Positions 27,971 to 37,207 of a stretch of DNA of 64,000 nt are shown one piece after another (position 1 is the first letter of the stretch; each line of letters starts with the position of its first letter). Source of the stretch: Parvibaculaceae bacterium (GTDB lineage: Bacteria > Pseudomonadota > Alphaproteobacteria > Parvibaculales > Parvibaculaceae); NCBI GenBank assembly GCA_965212385.1, contig OZ243109.1, positions 354,452-418,451 on the forward strand, read 5' to 3'. The notes under the pieces were generated by a model, which was given only the letters and a program-made list of their open reading frames with translations, ran no database searches and was not told where the DNA came from. A program made the position numbers and the translations under genes.

Positions 27971-28539
27971 GCGTTTCCGAGCAAACTGTCCAGCATGTAG
28001 CCCCATGTCGCGGGCCGGTCCATCTTGCCGCCTGTCGCACGGGTGTTCTGCGCGCCGATGCTGGCAAGGTAGACAATATCGGCGGCCTGTCGGGCGTCGG
28101 CCTTGTTCAAGCCCGCCTCCTGAAAGAGCTTCGCCAGATAGGCTCGGCGTCGTTTATCGACCCGTGCGAGGATAGCGCCCGCCGGGTCATAACTCGCCGC
28201 CCAGCCGCGCAAGACACCTTCCGCCTGTGCACCGCCATAGGCATCTGGGGCAGCGGCGACCGCATGTTGGATCAGCCTCTCCAGCTTCGCTCGGCCGGTC
28301 CCCCCATGGGCTTCGACATCGTCAATGATGCGGTCCGTCGCGATGCGTTCCCAGTGGTCCAGCATGGCCGCGTGAAGCGCTGCCCTGTCCTTGAAGTGCC
28401 AATAGAAACTGCCTTTTGTCACGCCGAGACTTTTGGCAAGCGGCTCCACACTGACAGCTGAAGGCCCGCCAGCGACCAGGGCTCGGAAGGCGGCGGCAAT
28501 CCAGTCTGTTTTGCCCAGTTCTTTTGGTTTTGCGCTCAC
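27967..28539 (-). CDS. TetR/AcrR-family transcriptional regulator
   Basis: HTH VSVEPLAKSLGVTKGSFYWHFKDR; GTG start at 28539 with a GGAG RBS. Confidence 0.92.
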   Translation of the reverse strand: MSAKPKELGKTDWIAAAFRALVAGGPSAVSVEPLAKSLGVTKGSFYWHFKDRAALHAAMLDHWERIATDRIIDDVEAHGGTGRAKLERLIQHAVAAAPDAYGGAQAEGVLRGWAASYDPAGAILARVDKRRRAYLAKLFQEAGLNKADARQAADIVYLASIGAQNTRATGGKMDRPATWGYMLDSLLGNA

Positions 28540-28561
28540 GCAAGGCTCCAGCGACAATTTG

Positions 28562-28625
28562 CCATACGGTCCCGTATTGACGGGTGCACCCTATCCGAGG
28601 ACAGTATCCATACGGAAGCGTATGG
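28562..28625. promoter_or_regulatory. Two TetR-type operators CCATACG-N4-CGTATGG in the divergent promoter
   Basis: Site 1 CCATACG-GTCC-CGTATTG (28562-28579, one mismatch, overlaps TTGACG); site 2 perfect CCATACG-GAAG-CGTATGG (28608-28625) abutting the RBS of 28634. Confidence 0.8.
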
Positions 28626-28633
28626 AGATCGAC

Positions 28634-29017
28634 ATGACCATCGAAGAAATCGCACTGATTGTTGCGGCGCTGGGAGCCGTCGGTATTGGACTGGCCCACT
28701 CAATCCTGGGGGAAAAGGGTATCGTCAAACCTGTGGTGCGGCGGATGAACTGGGAAGGCGTTCCCCCGGATGCCGACTTCCTGAACAGGACCGTCCGTTT
28801 TGCCTGGCACATCACGACCCTGGCCTGGATCGGGCTCGCCATAATCCTGTTGGCGCCGCTCATGGGTCTGGGCGGGGAGCCGGCCTTTGCCGCCCTCACC
28901 ATCGCCGTGACTTTCCTGGTGACAGGCATTGTCACCCTTATTGCGAGCAAGGGACGTCACCTGGCGTGGATCGTGTTTCTGGGCATCGCGGCCGGTGCCG
29001 CCTGGCCCTATCTCTGA
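28634..29017 (+). CDS. Hypothetical 4-TM membrane protein
   Basis: GGAG RBS before ATG 28634; four hydrophobic segments; AHSILGE, FAWH and RHLAW motifs. Confidence 0.75.
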   Translation: MTIEEIALIVAALGAVGIGLAHSILGEKGIVKPVVRRMNWEGVPPDADFLNRTVRFAWHITTLAWIGLAIILLAPLMGLGGEPAFAALTIAVTFLVTGIVTLIASKGRHLAWIVFLGIAAGAAWPYL

Positions 29018-29029
29018 GAGGCAGCGAAG

Positions 29030-29410
29030 ATGAACATGTATGCACTTGTTGCAGCGGTCTTGTTGGGCGGGGGTGTTCTGCTCCACGTGTTTTTGGCAGG
29101 GCGCACGCTTCATGGCGACATACAGGCGGCTCTTGAAGGGTTTCCGAAAGCTCTAGAGAGCCTCACCTGGCACGCTGTCAGTCTATGGCTCGCGCTTCAC
29201 TGCGTATTGGCCCTGTTTGCGGCTTTTTACAGCCATGCCTGGCTGACGGGGGCAATTGCGTTTGGTGCCCTCCATTCTGCTCTGTTGGGTGTTCTCTGCA
29301 TCGGTGTTGCGCGGGTCTTGTGCCAGTCATGGTTTGCCATGCGACAGGGATACATATTTCTGGCGATTGCGGGCGCACTCGGCGGTGCTGCTATGACATC
29401 AGTCGTTTGA
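29030..29410 (+). CDS. Hypothetical 4-TM membrane protein, likely distant paralog of the upstream gene
   Basis: 12-nt gap from the upstream gene; LHVFLAG and LTWH motifs in equivalent helices. Confidence 0.7.
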   Translation: MNMYALVAAVLLGGGVLLHVFLAGRTLHGDIQAALEGFPKALESLTWHAVSLWLALHCVLALFAAFYSHAWLTGAIAFGALHSALLGVLCIGVARVLCQSWFAMRQGYIFLAIAGALGGAAMTSVV

Positions 29411-29710
29411 TGGAAGCTCAGGAGGTCGAGAATAGTCCGTGGTCGCCGGACCCACGATCTCTCGATTGACACCGTACTCGTCGGTGTCCGTTTCCTCAGT
29501 CTGATGGGAAAGATGGAATTGAGTATCGCCCGGACGTTGATCGCGCCGGAATTTCTCGTCCATCGCACCGGGGCGGATAGACTGATATTCCTCCTCGATC
29601 ACATACCCTTCCGAAGGCTGTGTGAGATCGATTCTCTGAGTTGTGTCCTGAGCGGTGACGGAAGAGGTCAGATGTATCAATCCGATAAGACCGAACAATA
29701 AGTGTCGCAT
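29399..29710 (-). CDS. Hypothetical small secreted acidic protein
   Basis: GGAG RBS; signal-peptide-like N-terminus (MRHLLFGLIGLIHLTSSVTAQD); D/E-rich mature part. Confidence 0.5.
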   Translation of the reverse strand: MRHLLFGLIGLIHLTSSVTAQDTTQRIDLTQPSEGYVIEEEYQSIRPGAMDEKFRRDQRPGDTQFHLSHQTEETDTDEYGVNREIVGPATTDYSRPPELPSND

Positions 29711-29856
29711 GTGATCTCCGTTTTTCTTGTTCTTGCGTCGGAAAGTAATGGGAGAGCGCCCCTCTGTTCAAGCGATTGGACCGTTGACAGCTTGGGAAAT
29801 TGGATTTGAGCGTGCCGGAGCGTCGCTGACATCATACGCCCATCGCGAAAGGAGAT

Positions 29857-30504
29857 GTGATGATGAAGCTCTACTCCGGTCCGCTCAGCATGTTCGGCGC
29901 AAAAGCGGAAATTGCCGCGCACGAAAAGGGGATCGTTTTTGATCTGGAGTTCGTCCCCTTTTCACTGAAGGATCTGTACACGCCGAAACATCCAGTCATC
30001 ACGCGGGTCAATCCGAAGGAGCAGGTGCCTGTCCTGGTCGACGACGACCTGGAGATCTTCGACTCCACCCAGATATTTGAGTATCTCGAGCACACACACC
30101 CAGAGCCTGCCTTATGGCCGCGTGATGCAAAACAACGGGCGCGGGCGCGCCTTGCGGAACTTACATCCGACGAGGTCTTTTTCCCCGAAGTAGTATGTCT
30201 GATGCCCGCTGGGGCCAAACGCGTGGGGCCTGAGGGGGTCGCAGCGGCGAGACTGGCCATACAGGCGTTCTACGCAAAAGCAGAGGCCGCTCTGATAACA
30301 GATTACCTCGCGGAAACGTACACGTATGCAGATATTGCGTTCTACATGGCGTCCTACTTCGCGGGGTTTTTGGGCGAACCAATCCCCGACGAATGTCGCA
30401 AACTGACTGCCTGGCGGCAGCGTGTGGGCGCAAGACCAGCCGTCAGGAAGGTTGTCGAGCCCATGACCGACTTCCTTGAAGGTCATGGGATTGAAGCGGC
30501 CTGA
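29857..30504 (+). CDS. Glutathione S-transferase family protein
   Basis: AGGAG RBS; YSGPLSMF, VNPKEQVPVLVD, FDSTQIFEYLE and TYADIAF motifs. Confidence 0.9.
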   Translation: MMMKLYSGPLSMFGAKAEIAAHEKGIVFDLEFVPFSLKDLYTPKHPVITRVNPKEQVPVLVDDDLEIFDSTQIFEYLEHTHPEPALWPRDAKQRARARLAELTSDEVFFPEVVCLMPAGAKRVGPEGVAAARLAIQAFYAKAEAALITDYLAETYTYADIAFYMASYFAGFLGEPIPDECRKLTAWRQRVGARPAVRKVVEPMTDFLEGHGIEAA

Positions 30505-30582
30505 CGTCGGGTCTGCCCGCACAAAATCTCAAACATTTCCTTTCCGTCGCACTCGCTTTAAAACAAGGCGAACGGAGGGGAT

Positions 30583-31398
30583 ATGTCGATATCATCATCG
30601 AGTGGCGGAAACAGTCTGAGACGGTTCGTAGACCGTCAGCTGACCATCGACTCCTGGGACAGATCCGGCCTTTCTCCGACCAACTGGGTGCTCGTCGCCC
30701 TGATTTTCGCGAGCGTTGTCCTCTTTACACTCGAGACCGAGCCGGCACTCGCGGGTGTCTGGGCTGACGCCCTCAATTCAGCGAACTTGCTTATTCTGTG
30801 CGTGTTTGGTGTGGAGTTCCTGCTGCGGATTTGGTCAGCGGGTGAAACCCGTGGGATCACTGGTGTCCGCGAGCGGAGCCGCTATGCAGGGCGGTTCTGG
30901 CTAACGGTGGATTTTCTCGCTTTCGCGCCAGAACTTTTTATCGTCGCCTTGATGGCGGCGGGCATCGAAATTCCCTTGTCAGTAGAAGGCCTGAAAGCGA
31001 TCCGTCTCATGCGCCTCCTCAAGCTGGCGCGCTTTGTGCCAGCGGCGCAGATGTTAATGGATGTCATCGAGTCCGTGTGGCGGCAATTGTTAATCAGCTT
31101 TTTTCTGTCGATCACGTCCGTCTATTTCGCCGCTGTGGCGATCTATTACGCAGAGGGCAGCGTCAACCCGGAGCATTTCGGCTCGATCAGCCGCTCTCTC
31201 TGGTGGGCAGTGGTGACGCTCACCACGGTGGGTTACGGTGACGCCTATCCTGTGACCGGTATTGGACAAATGCTGGCCGGTCTCATTGCGTTGATCGGCA
31301 TCGGGATCATTGCGTTACCATCCGGCATCATTGCCGGTGCCTTCATGGAGCGCTTGAATGTGGACCGACGCGCAAAACAACAAAAGAACCAGACATAG
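30583..31398 (+). CDS. Voltage-gated potassium channel (6TM ion transporter)
   Basis: S4-like KAIRLMRLLKLAR; pore WWAVVTLTTVGYGD; S6 GIIALPSGII. Confidence 0.92.
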   Translation: MSISSSSGGNSLRRFVDRQLTIDSWDRSGLSPTNWVLVALIFASVVLFTLETEPALAGVWADALNSANLLILCVFGVEFLLRIWSAGETRGITGVRERSRYAGRFWLTVDFLAFAPELFIVALMAAGIEIPLSVEGLKAIRLMRLLKLARFVPAAQMLMDVIESVWRQLLISFFLSITSVYFAAVAIYYAEGSVNPEHFGSISRSLWWAVVTLTTVGYGDAYPVTGIGQMLAGLIALIGIGIIALPSGIIAGAFMERLNVDRRAKQQKNQT

Positions 31399-31412
31399 GT
31401 AGGACGATTGAG

Positions 31413-32237
31413 ATGGAGCTGAAAACAATCAAGGTCGAACACAAAGACCATATCGCGACAGTTTTCTTATCCCGCCCCCATCGGCGTAACGCCTGGACCG
31501 GGAGGATGCACACAGAATACCGTCACGTCCTCACCGAGCTTGATAATGACTCGAACACGCGTGTGATCATCGTCACCGGTGATCCTGAGGGAAAAGCGTT
31601 CTGCGCAGGTGCGGATACGGCAGCGCTCGAGGGTCACTCCGAAAAAGGGCGCTATGACAGTGGAACCACTGATGATATCGCTCGGCCTGGCTTTGGTGTT
31701 CGCGAAGAGTTCGATGCCACTTTCGCCTATCATTTCGGCCTGTCCAAACCAGTGATCGCCGCCATCAACGGCGCAGCTGCCGGCATCGGTCTTGTGCTGG
31801 CGGCCTATGCGGATCTCCGGTTTGCAGTGAAGGGCGCGAAATTTACGACCGCCCATGGACGTTTTAACTTCCCAGCGGAGTTTGGGCTCTCCTGGGTGTT
31901 GCCGCGGATCATTGGGCTCACCCATGCCAATGATCTCCTGCTGTCCTCCCGCGTCTTTTTGGCGGAAGAGGCGATGGACATCGGCTTTCTGAACAAATGC
32001 CTGGAACCTGAGGCGCTTATGCCCGAGGTCTACGCGTATGCGGAAATGTTGACCCAATCCGCACCAGGGTCTCTCAGAGAGACCAAATGGCAGGTCTATG
32101 GGGACCAGCACAGGAGCGTCGGCGCGGCGGTTGAAGACTCTGAACGTCTTCTGGAAGCCATGGCACAGCACCCTGACTATAAAGAGGGCATCAAGGCCTG
32201 GATGGAGAAGCGAGCCGCGAATTGGTCATCAGACTGA
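31413..32237 (+). CDS. Enoyl-CoA hydratase/isomerase family protein
   Basis: LSRPHRRNAW, AFCAGAD, KPVIAAINGAAAGIG and PAEFGLSW motifs. Confidence 0.9.
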   Translation: MELKTIKVEHKDHIATVFLSRPHRRNAWTGRMHTEYRHVLTELDNDSNTRVIIVTGDPEGKAFCAGADTAALEGHSEKGRYDSGTTDDIARPGFGVREEFDATFAYHFGLSKPVIAAINGAAAGIGLVLAAYADLRFAVKGAKFTTAHGRFNFPAEFGLSWVLPRIIGLTHANDLLLSSRVFLAEEAMDIGFLNKCLEPEALMPEVYAYAEMLTQSAPGSLRETKWQVYGDQHRSVGAAVEDSERLLEAMAQHPDYKEGIKAWMEKRAANWSSD

Positions 32238-32256
32238 CGGTGTGGGCACCTGCGCT

Positions 32257-32949
32257 CTAGAGATTTTGCACTTTGGACTTCGCTTCCTCGGCGTAAGCGG
32301 TGAACACGCTAATGATCTTGTTGAGGCCATCAGCGCCGCCGCCCAGAAGGGCGCCCGTGATCAATATGTCGACCATGATGAACCATGACGAGGGCGTGAC
32401 AGGGGTGCAGCCGTCAGACGGCGTCGCCGGACAGCCGGTCCAATCAAACATTGGTCCGAGGGAACGCGCCGCAACGGCAGCAACAAGAAGGCCCAAAATT
32501 AAGTTGATGGTGAGCGCCCATCGAGCGGTCTCTGCCCGATAGTTTGCCAACTCTTGGGCTTGATTTTCGGCGTGCCGCTTTTGGTTCTCAAGACTGGTCA
32601 TGTACTCACCAATCTCTTCCTTCTCATTGATAGTAAGGGTCTCTTTTTGGGCCATGCGCTCGAGCGCCGCTGTGGTTTCGGCAACTTGCTGATTTGCAGC
32701 CGTGAGTTTTTGACGAAGCTCTGCGCGCCCGGCACCTCGCCATATACCCAGATAGACCTGCGCGGCCCGCTCTATGAAGAGCGCCACAGCAACAAGCCCG
32801 AGGATCAGGGCGGCAAGGTCACCTGCACCGAGGTTGCCGTATTTGGGCGCCAACGCGTCCACATTCGGCAAAAATACGAACAGGGCGACGCCTACAAAAG
32901 CAATTCCTATCGGAATGAGTGGCGTGATTGGATTTTGCTTTTCTGACAT
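32257..32949 (-). CDS. Hypothetical membrane protein with a central coiled coil
   Basis: GGAGGGGG RBS; TM-TM-coiled coil-TM-Cys loop-TM architecture; C-terminal ITGALLGGGADGLNKII. Confidence 0.7.
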   Translation of the reverse strand: MSEKQNPITPLIPIGIAFVGVALFVFLPNVDALAPKYGNLGAGDLAALILGLVAVALFIERAAQVYLGIWRGAGRAELRQKLTAANQQVAETTAALERMAQKETLTINEKEEIGEYMTSLENQKRHAENQAQELANYRAETARWALTINLILGLLVAAVAARSLGPMFDWTGCPATPSDGCTPVTPSSWFIMVDILITGALLGGGADGLNKIISVFTAYAEEAKSKVQNL

Positions 32950-33067
32950 AACGGCCCCCTCCAAAGTGAAATATAAGTTTTCTACGATGGGATGCCTGAG
33001 TCAAATCAGGGCCTTTTCCTGGGATTTCGGAGTGGCCGTTTGGGCTGAGCGATGATATATCGCGCCC

Positions 33068-34870
33068 ATGACTGAGCTCGCCCATATCCGGAACTTCTCC
33101 ATCATCGCACATATCGACCACGGCAAATCTACCCTCGCCGACCGGTTGATTCAGACCTGTGGCGGTCTGAGCGAGCGCGAGATGAAAGAACAAGTGCTCG
33201 ACAATATGGAGATCGAGCGCGAGCGGGGCATCACCATTAAGGCCCAAACCGTCCGCCTTGATTACAAGGCCACAGACGGCATCACCTATGAGCTGAACCT
33301 GATTGATACGCCCGGCCATGTGGACTTTGCCTATGAGGTGAACCGGTCCCTGGCCGCCTGTGAGGGGTCTCTGCTGGTGGTCGATGCGAGCCAGGGCGTT
33401 GAGGCGCAGACCCTGGCGAACGTCTATACCGCCATTGAGGTCGATCACGAGATCGTGCCGGTGCTGAACAAGATTGATCTGCCGGCCGCGGAGCCCGACC
33501 GGGTTCGACAGCAGATAGAAGACGTGATCGGACTGGATGCAAGCGACGCGGTTGAAATTTCGGCCAAGTCGGGAATCGGCATTGATGACGTTCTGGAAGC
33601 GATCGTCACCAAACTGCCGGCGCCTGCGGGCGACCGTTCGGCCCCGTTAAAGGCCATGTTGGTCGACAGCTGGTATGACGCCTATCTGGGCGTTGTGGTG
33701 CTGGTACGGGTTGTTGATGGCGAGCTCAAAAAGGGCCAACGCATCAAAATGATGGCGACCGGTGGCGTATATCCAGTGGATCAGGTCGGTATTTTTCGGC
33801 CGAAAAAAGAAAACCTGTCGTCTCTGAAGGCAGGCGAGATCGGGTTCTTCACAGCCTCTATCAAAGAGGTCGCGGACACGGCGGTGGGGGACACCATCAC
33901 CGATGAGCGTCGGCCCTGCGACACTGCGCTTGGCGGTTTTCATCCAGCCCAGCCAGTTGTGTTCTGCGGTCTCTTCCCGGTGGATGCAGCCCAGTTCGAA
34001 GATCTGCGCGACGCCATGGCTAAGCTCCGCCTCAATGACGCGAGCTTTGAGTATGAAATGGAAACCAGCGCGGCCCTCGGGTTTGGGTTTCGCTGCGGCT
34101 TTTTGGGCCTTCTGCACCTGGAGATCGTACGCGAGCGGATCGAGCGAGAATTCAATATCGACCTCATCACAACCGCTCCCAGCGTGATCTACCACCTCCA
34201 CATGACCGATGGCTCCATGGAGGAGATGCACAACCCGGCTGATATGCCGGATGTGATGAAGATCGATCACATCGAAGAGCCTTGGATCAAAGCGACGATC
34301 CTTGTGCCGGATGAGTATTTGGGTGCCGTGCTGAAGCTTTGCGAAGACCGTCGCGGCTCACAAATTGACCTTACCTATGCCGGAACGCGGGCCATGGTCG
34401 TCTACAGGCTCCCGCTCAATGAAGTTGTGATCGACTTCTATGATCGCTTGAAATCGGTGACCCGTGGCTATGCGAGCTTCGACTATCAGATTGAGACTTA
34501 CGAAGAAGGCGATCTGGTCAAGATGTCGATCCTGGTGAATGAAGAGCCGGTGGATGCGCTCGCCACGATCGTGCATCGCTCACGCGCGGAACAACGGGGC
34601 CGCGCCATGTGCGAGAAGCTGAAAGAGCTGATCCCGCGCCACCTCTTTAAGGTGCCCATTCAGGCAGCACTTGGCGGTCGGATCGTCGCCCGTGAAACCA
34701 TTGCCGCCATGCGCAAGGATGTGACCGCCAAGTGTTATGGCGGCGATGTCAGTCGTAAGCGCAAGCTCTTGGACAAGCAGAAAGAGGGCAAGAAAAAGAT
34801 GCGGCAGTTCGGCCGAGTCGACATCCCTCAGGAGGCGTTTATCGCAGCCCTTAAGATGGACGAGAACTGA
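33068..34870 (+). CDS. lepA: Elongation factor 4 (LepA)
   Basis: [39 protein letters not shown] and [14 protein letters not shown] motifs. Confidence 0.99.
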   Translation: MTELAHIRNFSIIAHIDHGKSTLADRLIQTCGGLSEREMKEQVLDNMEIERERGITIKAQTVRLDYKATDGITYELNLIDTPGHVDFAYEVNRSLAACEGSLLVVDASQGVEAQTLANVYTAIEVDHEIVPVLNKIDLPAAEPDRVRQQIEDVIGLDASDAVEISAKSGIGIDDVLEAIVTKLPAPAGDRSAPLKAMLVDSWYDAYLGVVVLVRVVDGELKKGQRIKMMATGGVYPVDQVGIFRPKKENLSSLKAGEIGFFTASIKEVADTAVGDTITDERRPCDTALGGFHPAQPVVFCGLFPVDAAQFEDLRDAMAKLRLNDASFEYEMETSAALGFGFRCGFLGLLHLEIVRERIEREFNIDLITTAPSVIYHLHMTDGSMEEMHNPADMPDVMKIDHIEEPWIKATILVPDEYLGAVLKLCEDRRGSQIDLTYAGTRAMVVYRLPLNEVVIDFYDRLKSVTRGYASFDYQIETYEEGDLVKMSILVNEEPVDALATIVHRSRAEQRGRAMCEKLKELIPRHLFKVPIQAALGGRIVARETIAAMRKDVTAKCYGGDVSRKRKLLDKQKEGKKKMRQFGRVDIPQEAFIAALKMDEN

Positions 34871-35165
34871 GCGAACGAAGCACCGGGTAGGCACCGAAGA
34901 CAACTGTAAGCGCCCCGAGAGAGACGATTGCCGGAAGCTTCAGAACGGCGACGATGGTTGGATCCCAGAGGCTTGGTGAGACATAGCGCTGGGTCACCGC
35001 CTGCATGAGATTCAGAGAATCAGGCGACAAAGCAAACCAGATCTCACCGCCTGTGTGAAAAAAGCCGCTGCGTGCCGGTGGGCCCAAAAGGTCATAGAGA
35101 CCGACAGCCAGCGTTGCCAAGGCAAAGGCGCCTGATAGAAGCGTCAATAGAAGCCGCACGTTCAA
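34851..35165 (-). CDS. Hypothetical 2-TM membrane protein
   Basis: [15 protein letters not shown]...LWDPTI..VLKLP-TM; overlaps the lepA 3' end by 20 nt; start codon uncertain. Confidence 0.65.
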   Translation of the reverse strand: MNVRLLLTLLSGAFALATLAVGLYDLLGPPARSGFFHTGGEIWFALSPDSLNLMQAVTQRYVSPSLWDPTIVAVLKLPAIVSLGALTVVFGAYPVLRSLSSRPS

Positions 35166-35287
35166 ATTCCAATAGAGTAGAAGTGCATAACGGAGCGATG
35201 CTCAAGAGCATGCTCCGTTATACGGGCGTCCTACAATGCGAAAACTTCCCCCAAAGCGTTCGCCGGGCCACCAAATCAGAAGATTGA

Positions 35288-35578
35288 TTAGTCGCGACGC
35301 CTGAAGAGGAACGCGATAATTATGCCTATCACACCGAAGACAGCCCAAGACGGGAATGTCAGAAGTGATGTGAAACCTGGATCGGCAACCACGCCTGGCA
35401 GTGATTCTGCTGCCCATGCGCTGGTTGATTCCAGTGTCGCAGGATGAAGCAATGTCCATAACTCACCCAAGGAGCGGATTTTTACTTCTCCGGCTTCAAG
35501 CGTCTGTATTCCGTCTGCGCCCAACACCATGAGAGCAGCTGCAATAAAGATTAATCCGATTAGCCTGAAAACGATCAT
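35288..35578 (-). CDS. Hypothetical 2-TM membrane protein, paralog of 34851-35165
   Basis: TM-LGELWTLLHPATL...VADPGF..LLTFP-TM-RRR; start at 35578 or 35608. Confidence 0.7.
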   Translation of the reverse strand: MIVFRLIGLIFIAAALMVLGADGIQTLEAGEVKIRSLGELWTLLHPATLESTSAWAAESLPGVVADPGFTSLLTFPSWAVFGVIGIIIAFLFRRRD

Positions 35579-35624
35579 TATTCTTTGGCCCCCCAGCCAT
35601 TTACTCATCGCGACAAGTCACGAC

Positions 35625-35640
35625 TTAACGAAACGGTAAC
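35625..35640. promoter_or_regulatory. CtrA-like binding site
   Basis: TTAA-cgaaacg-GTAAC, one mismatch to TTAA-N7-TTAAC. Confidence 0.5.
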
Positions 35641-35768
35641 TGCTAAGCGAACGCACGACAAGATGTCGCGGGACGATGATTTTGCGACAGACGCCGAGAG
35701 GTGTTGATTCAGGAGGGCCGTGGGGTATATTGCGCGCCAAATCAGGTGGTTAAGAAGCCGCTGACTGC

Positions 35769-35859
35769 GGAGAGGTGGCCGAGTGGCTGAAGGCGCACGC
35801 TTGGAAAGCGTGTAGGCGGTAATCCCGTCTCGAGGGTTCGAATCCCTCTCTCTCCGCCA
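35769..35859 (+). tRNA. tRNA-Ser (anticodon GGA)
   Basis: GGAGAGGTGGCCGAGTGGCTGAAGGCG-CACGC-TTGGAAA-GCGTG-long variable arm-GAGGGTTCGAATCCCTC-TCTCTCCGCCA. Confidence 0.97.
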
Positions 35860-36072
35860 TCATTTTCCTTGAAATTCAATCACTTACAATTGTGTCAGGC
35901 GCAGTGACCCATTTCTGCGCGCACGAACCAGCGTCAGTGCCGCCGGTTTTTCGGCAACAATACAGGCCGCGAACCAATCGCTATTTTGGCTGGACTGTGC
36001 GTCTGCAGGCACCTGCGACATGTTTGCATCACCTAAATGAGAAACATGGTTAACCAGGAGTGAAGCTCCGGC

Positions 36073-36624
36073 TCAGCTTGTTCGTCCAACGGCAGATGTG
36101 CGCCGAGGGCGCAAAAAGTACCGGTTGGAGAAGGTGAGTCCGCCGGTGAGATACTCGCCGATTGGTGACGTATAGGTGTATGTCGCTTCCGCAACGATGA
36201 CGCTGGTGCCGGCACTCGTCAGACCGGCAGGCAGGGTATAGGGCGACCCAGGCGCGTAGGCCGTGCCGTTAAGCGCATCACTCCAATCAACAGTGGTCAC
36301 ATTGTTCTCGTCAGCGACGACGCTGGCGACAACCACAGTGAGCGACGCAGATCCGAAGGGTTCCATGATGGTTGTGCTGGCGTCGAAAATGTCATCCATC
36401 AGATTGTCATCGATCAAAACCGCCTGCGCGACCAGATCAGCGACGGCACTACCGGTCTTATTGAGCTTCCGATCGGCAATCAGCGCATTGCTGATCTCGA
36501 CCGCCCCAAAATAGATGGAAACCATTAAGGGCAGGAGGAGGGCAAACTCGACGGAGGATGCGCCTTCATTCCGTTTGAGGAGGGCGCTGCCAAAGGCGCG
36601 AATATCGGCCAAAAATGAGGACAT
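36073..36624 (-). CDS. TadE/TadF-like pseudopilin
   Basis: RNEGASSVEFALLLP prepilin-like motif; ADLVAQ; PR..S..G C-terminus; GGAG RBS. Confidence 0.88.
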   Translation of the reverse strand: MSSFLADIRAFGSALLKRNEGASSVEFALLLPLMVSIYFGAVEISNALIADRKLNKTGSAVADLVAQAVLIDDNLMDDIFDASTTIMEPFGSASLTVVVASVVADENNVTTVDWSDALNGTAYAPGSPYTLPAGLTSAGTSVIVAEATYTYTSPIGEYLTGGLTFSNRYFLRPRRTSAVGRTS

Positions 36625-36634
36625 GGTCACGCTC

Positions 36635-37207
36635 CTACGGAAGGATTTCGCCGAAAGGCTCATTGCGGAAAACAGCACTGGAGGCCAGCAGACGGTTGCC
36701 GCCTGACATGTTCTCAAGGCCGATCCCGATGGGAGTCATCACATCCCAGACATAGAAGGCCCGTACGAGTACGACCTCGCCGGCACCGCCAATATTGAAC
36801 TGGAAATTGTTCGAGAGATTGCCGTCGCCGTCGATTGGGTCGGTGAATTCTACATCGCCGAACTCATCGAATGTGCGCACATCAACGACCAGGCTCTGGT
36901 CACAATCAAAAAACAGCGGGCTGCGCGAACAAATCTCAGTCCTAAACTGCTCAGCATTCATCCCGTCTTGATGGGCGACGCCAGTGCGGACCATCCGCGC
37001 CGCACCCTCCATCGCGCCTTCCATGGCGACCGACGCAAAGAAAATGAGTGCGGTTTCGACGAGCGCAAACAGGAAAGCGAAAAACGGTAAGGCGATGAGA
37101 CCCATCTCGACGGCCACGCTGCCTTCTTCATCGTTCTGAAAAGACCGAGAGACCGGCGGCCGATGCCGCTTTCTCAAAAGTCCCGATCCAGTGCCCTTGT
37201 GTGTCAC
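36635..37207 (-). CDS. tadE: TadE-like pseudopilin
   Basis: DEEGSVAVEMGLIALPF, AARMVRTG, C...C pair and AVFRNEPF motifs. Confidence 0.88.
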   Translation of the reverse strand: MTHKGTGSGLLRKRHRPPVSRSFQNDEEGSVAVEMGLIALPFFAFLFALVETALIFFASVAMEGAMEGAARMVRTGVAHQDGMNAEQFRTEICSRSPLFFDCDQSLVVDVRTFDEFGDVEFTDPIDGDGNLSNNFQFNIGGAGEVVLVRAFYVWDVMTPIGIGLENMSGGNRLLASSAVFRNEPFGEILP

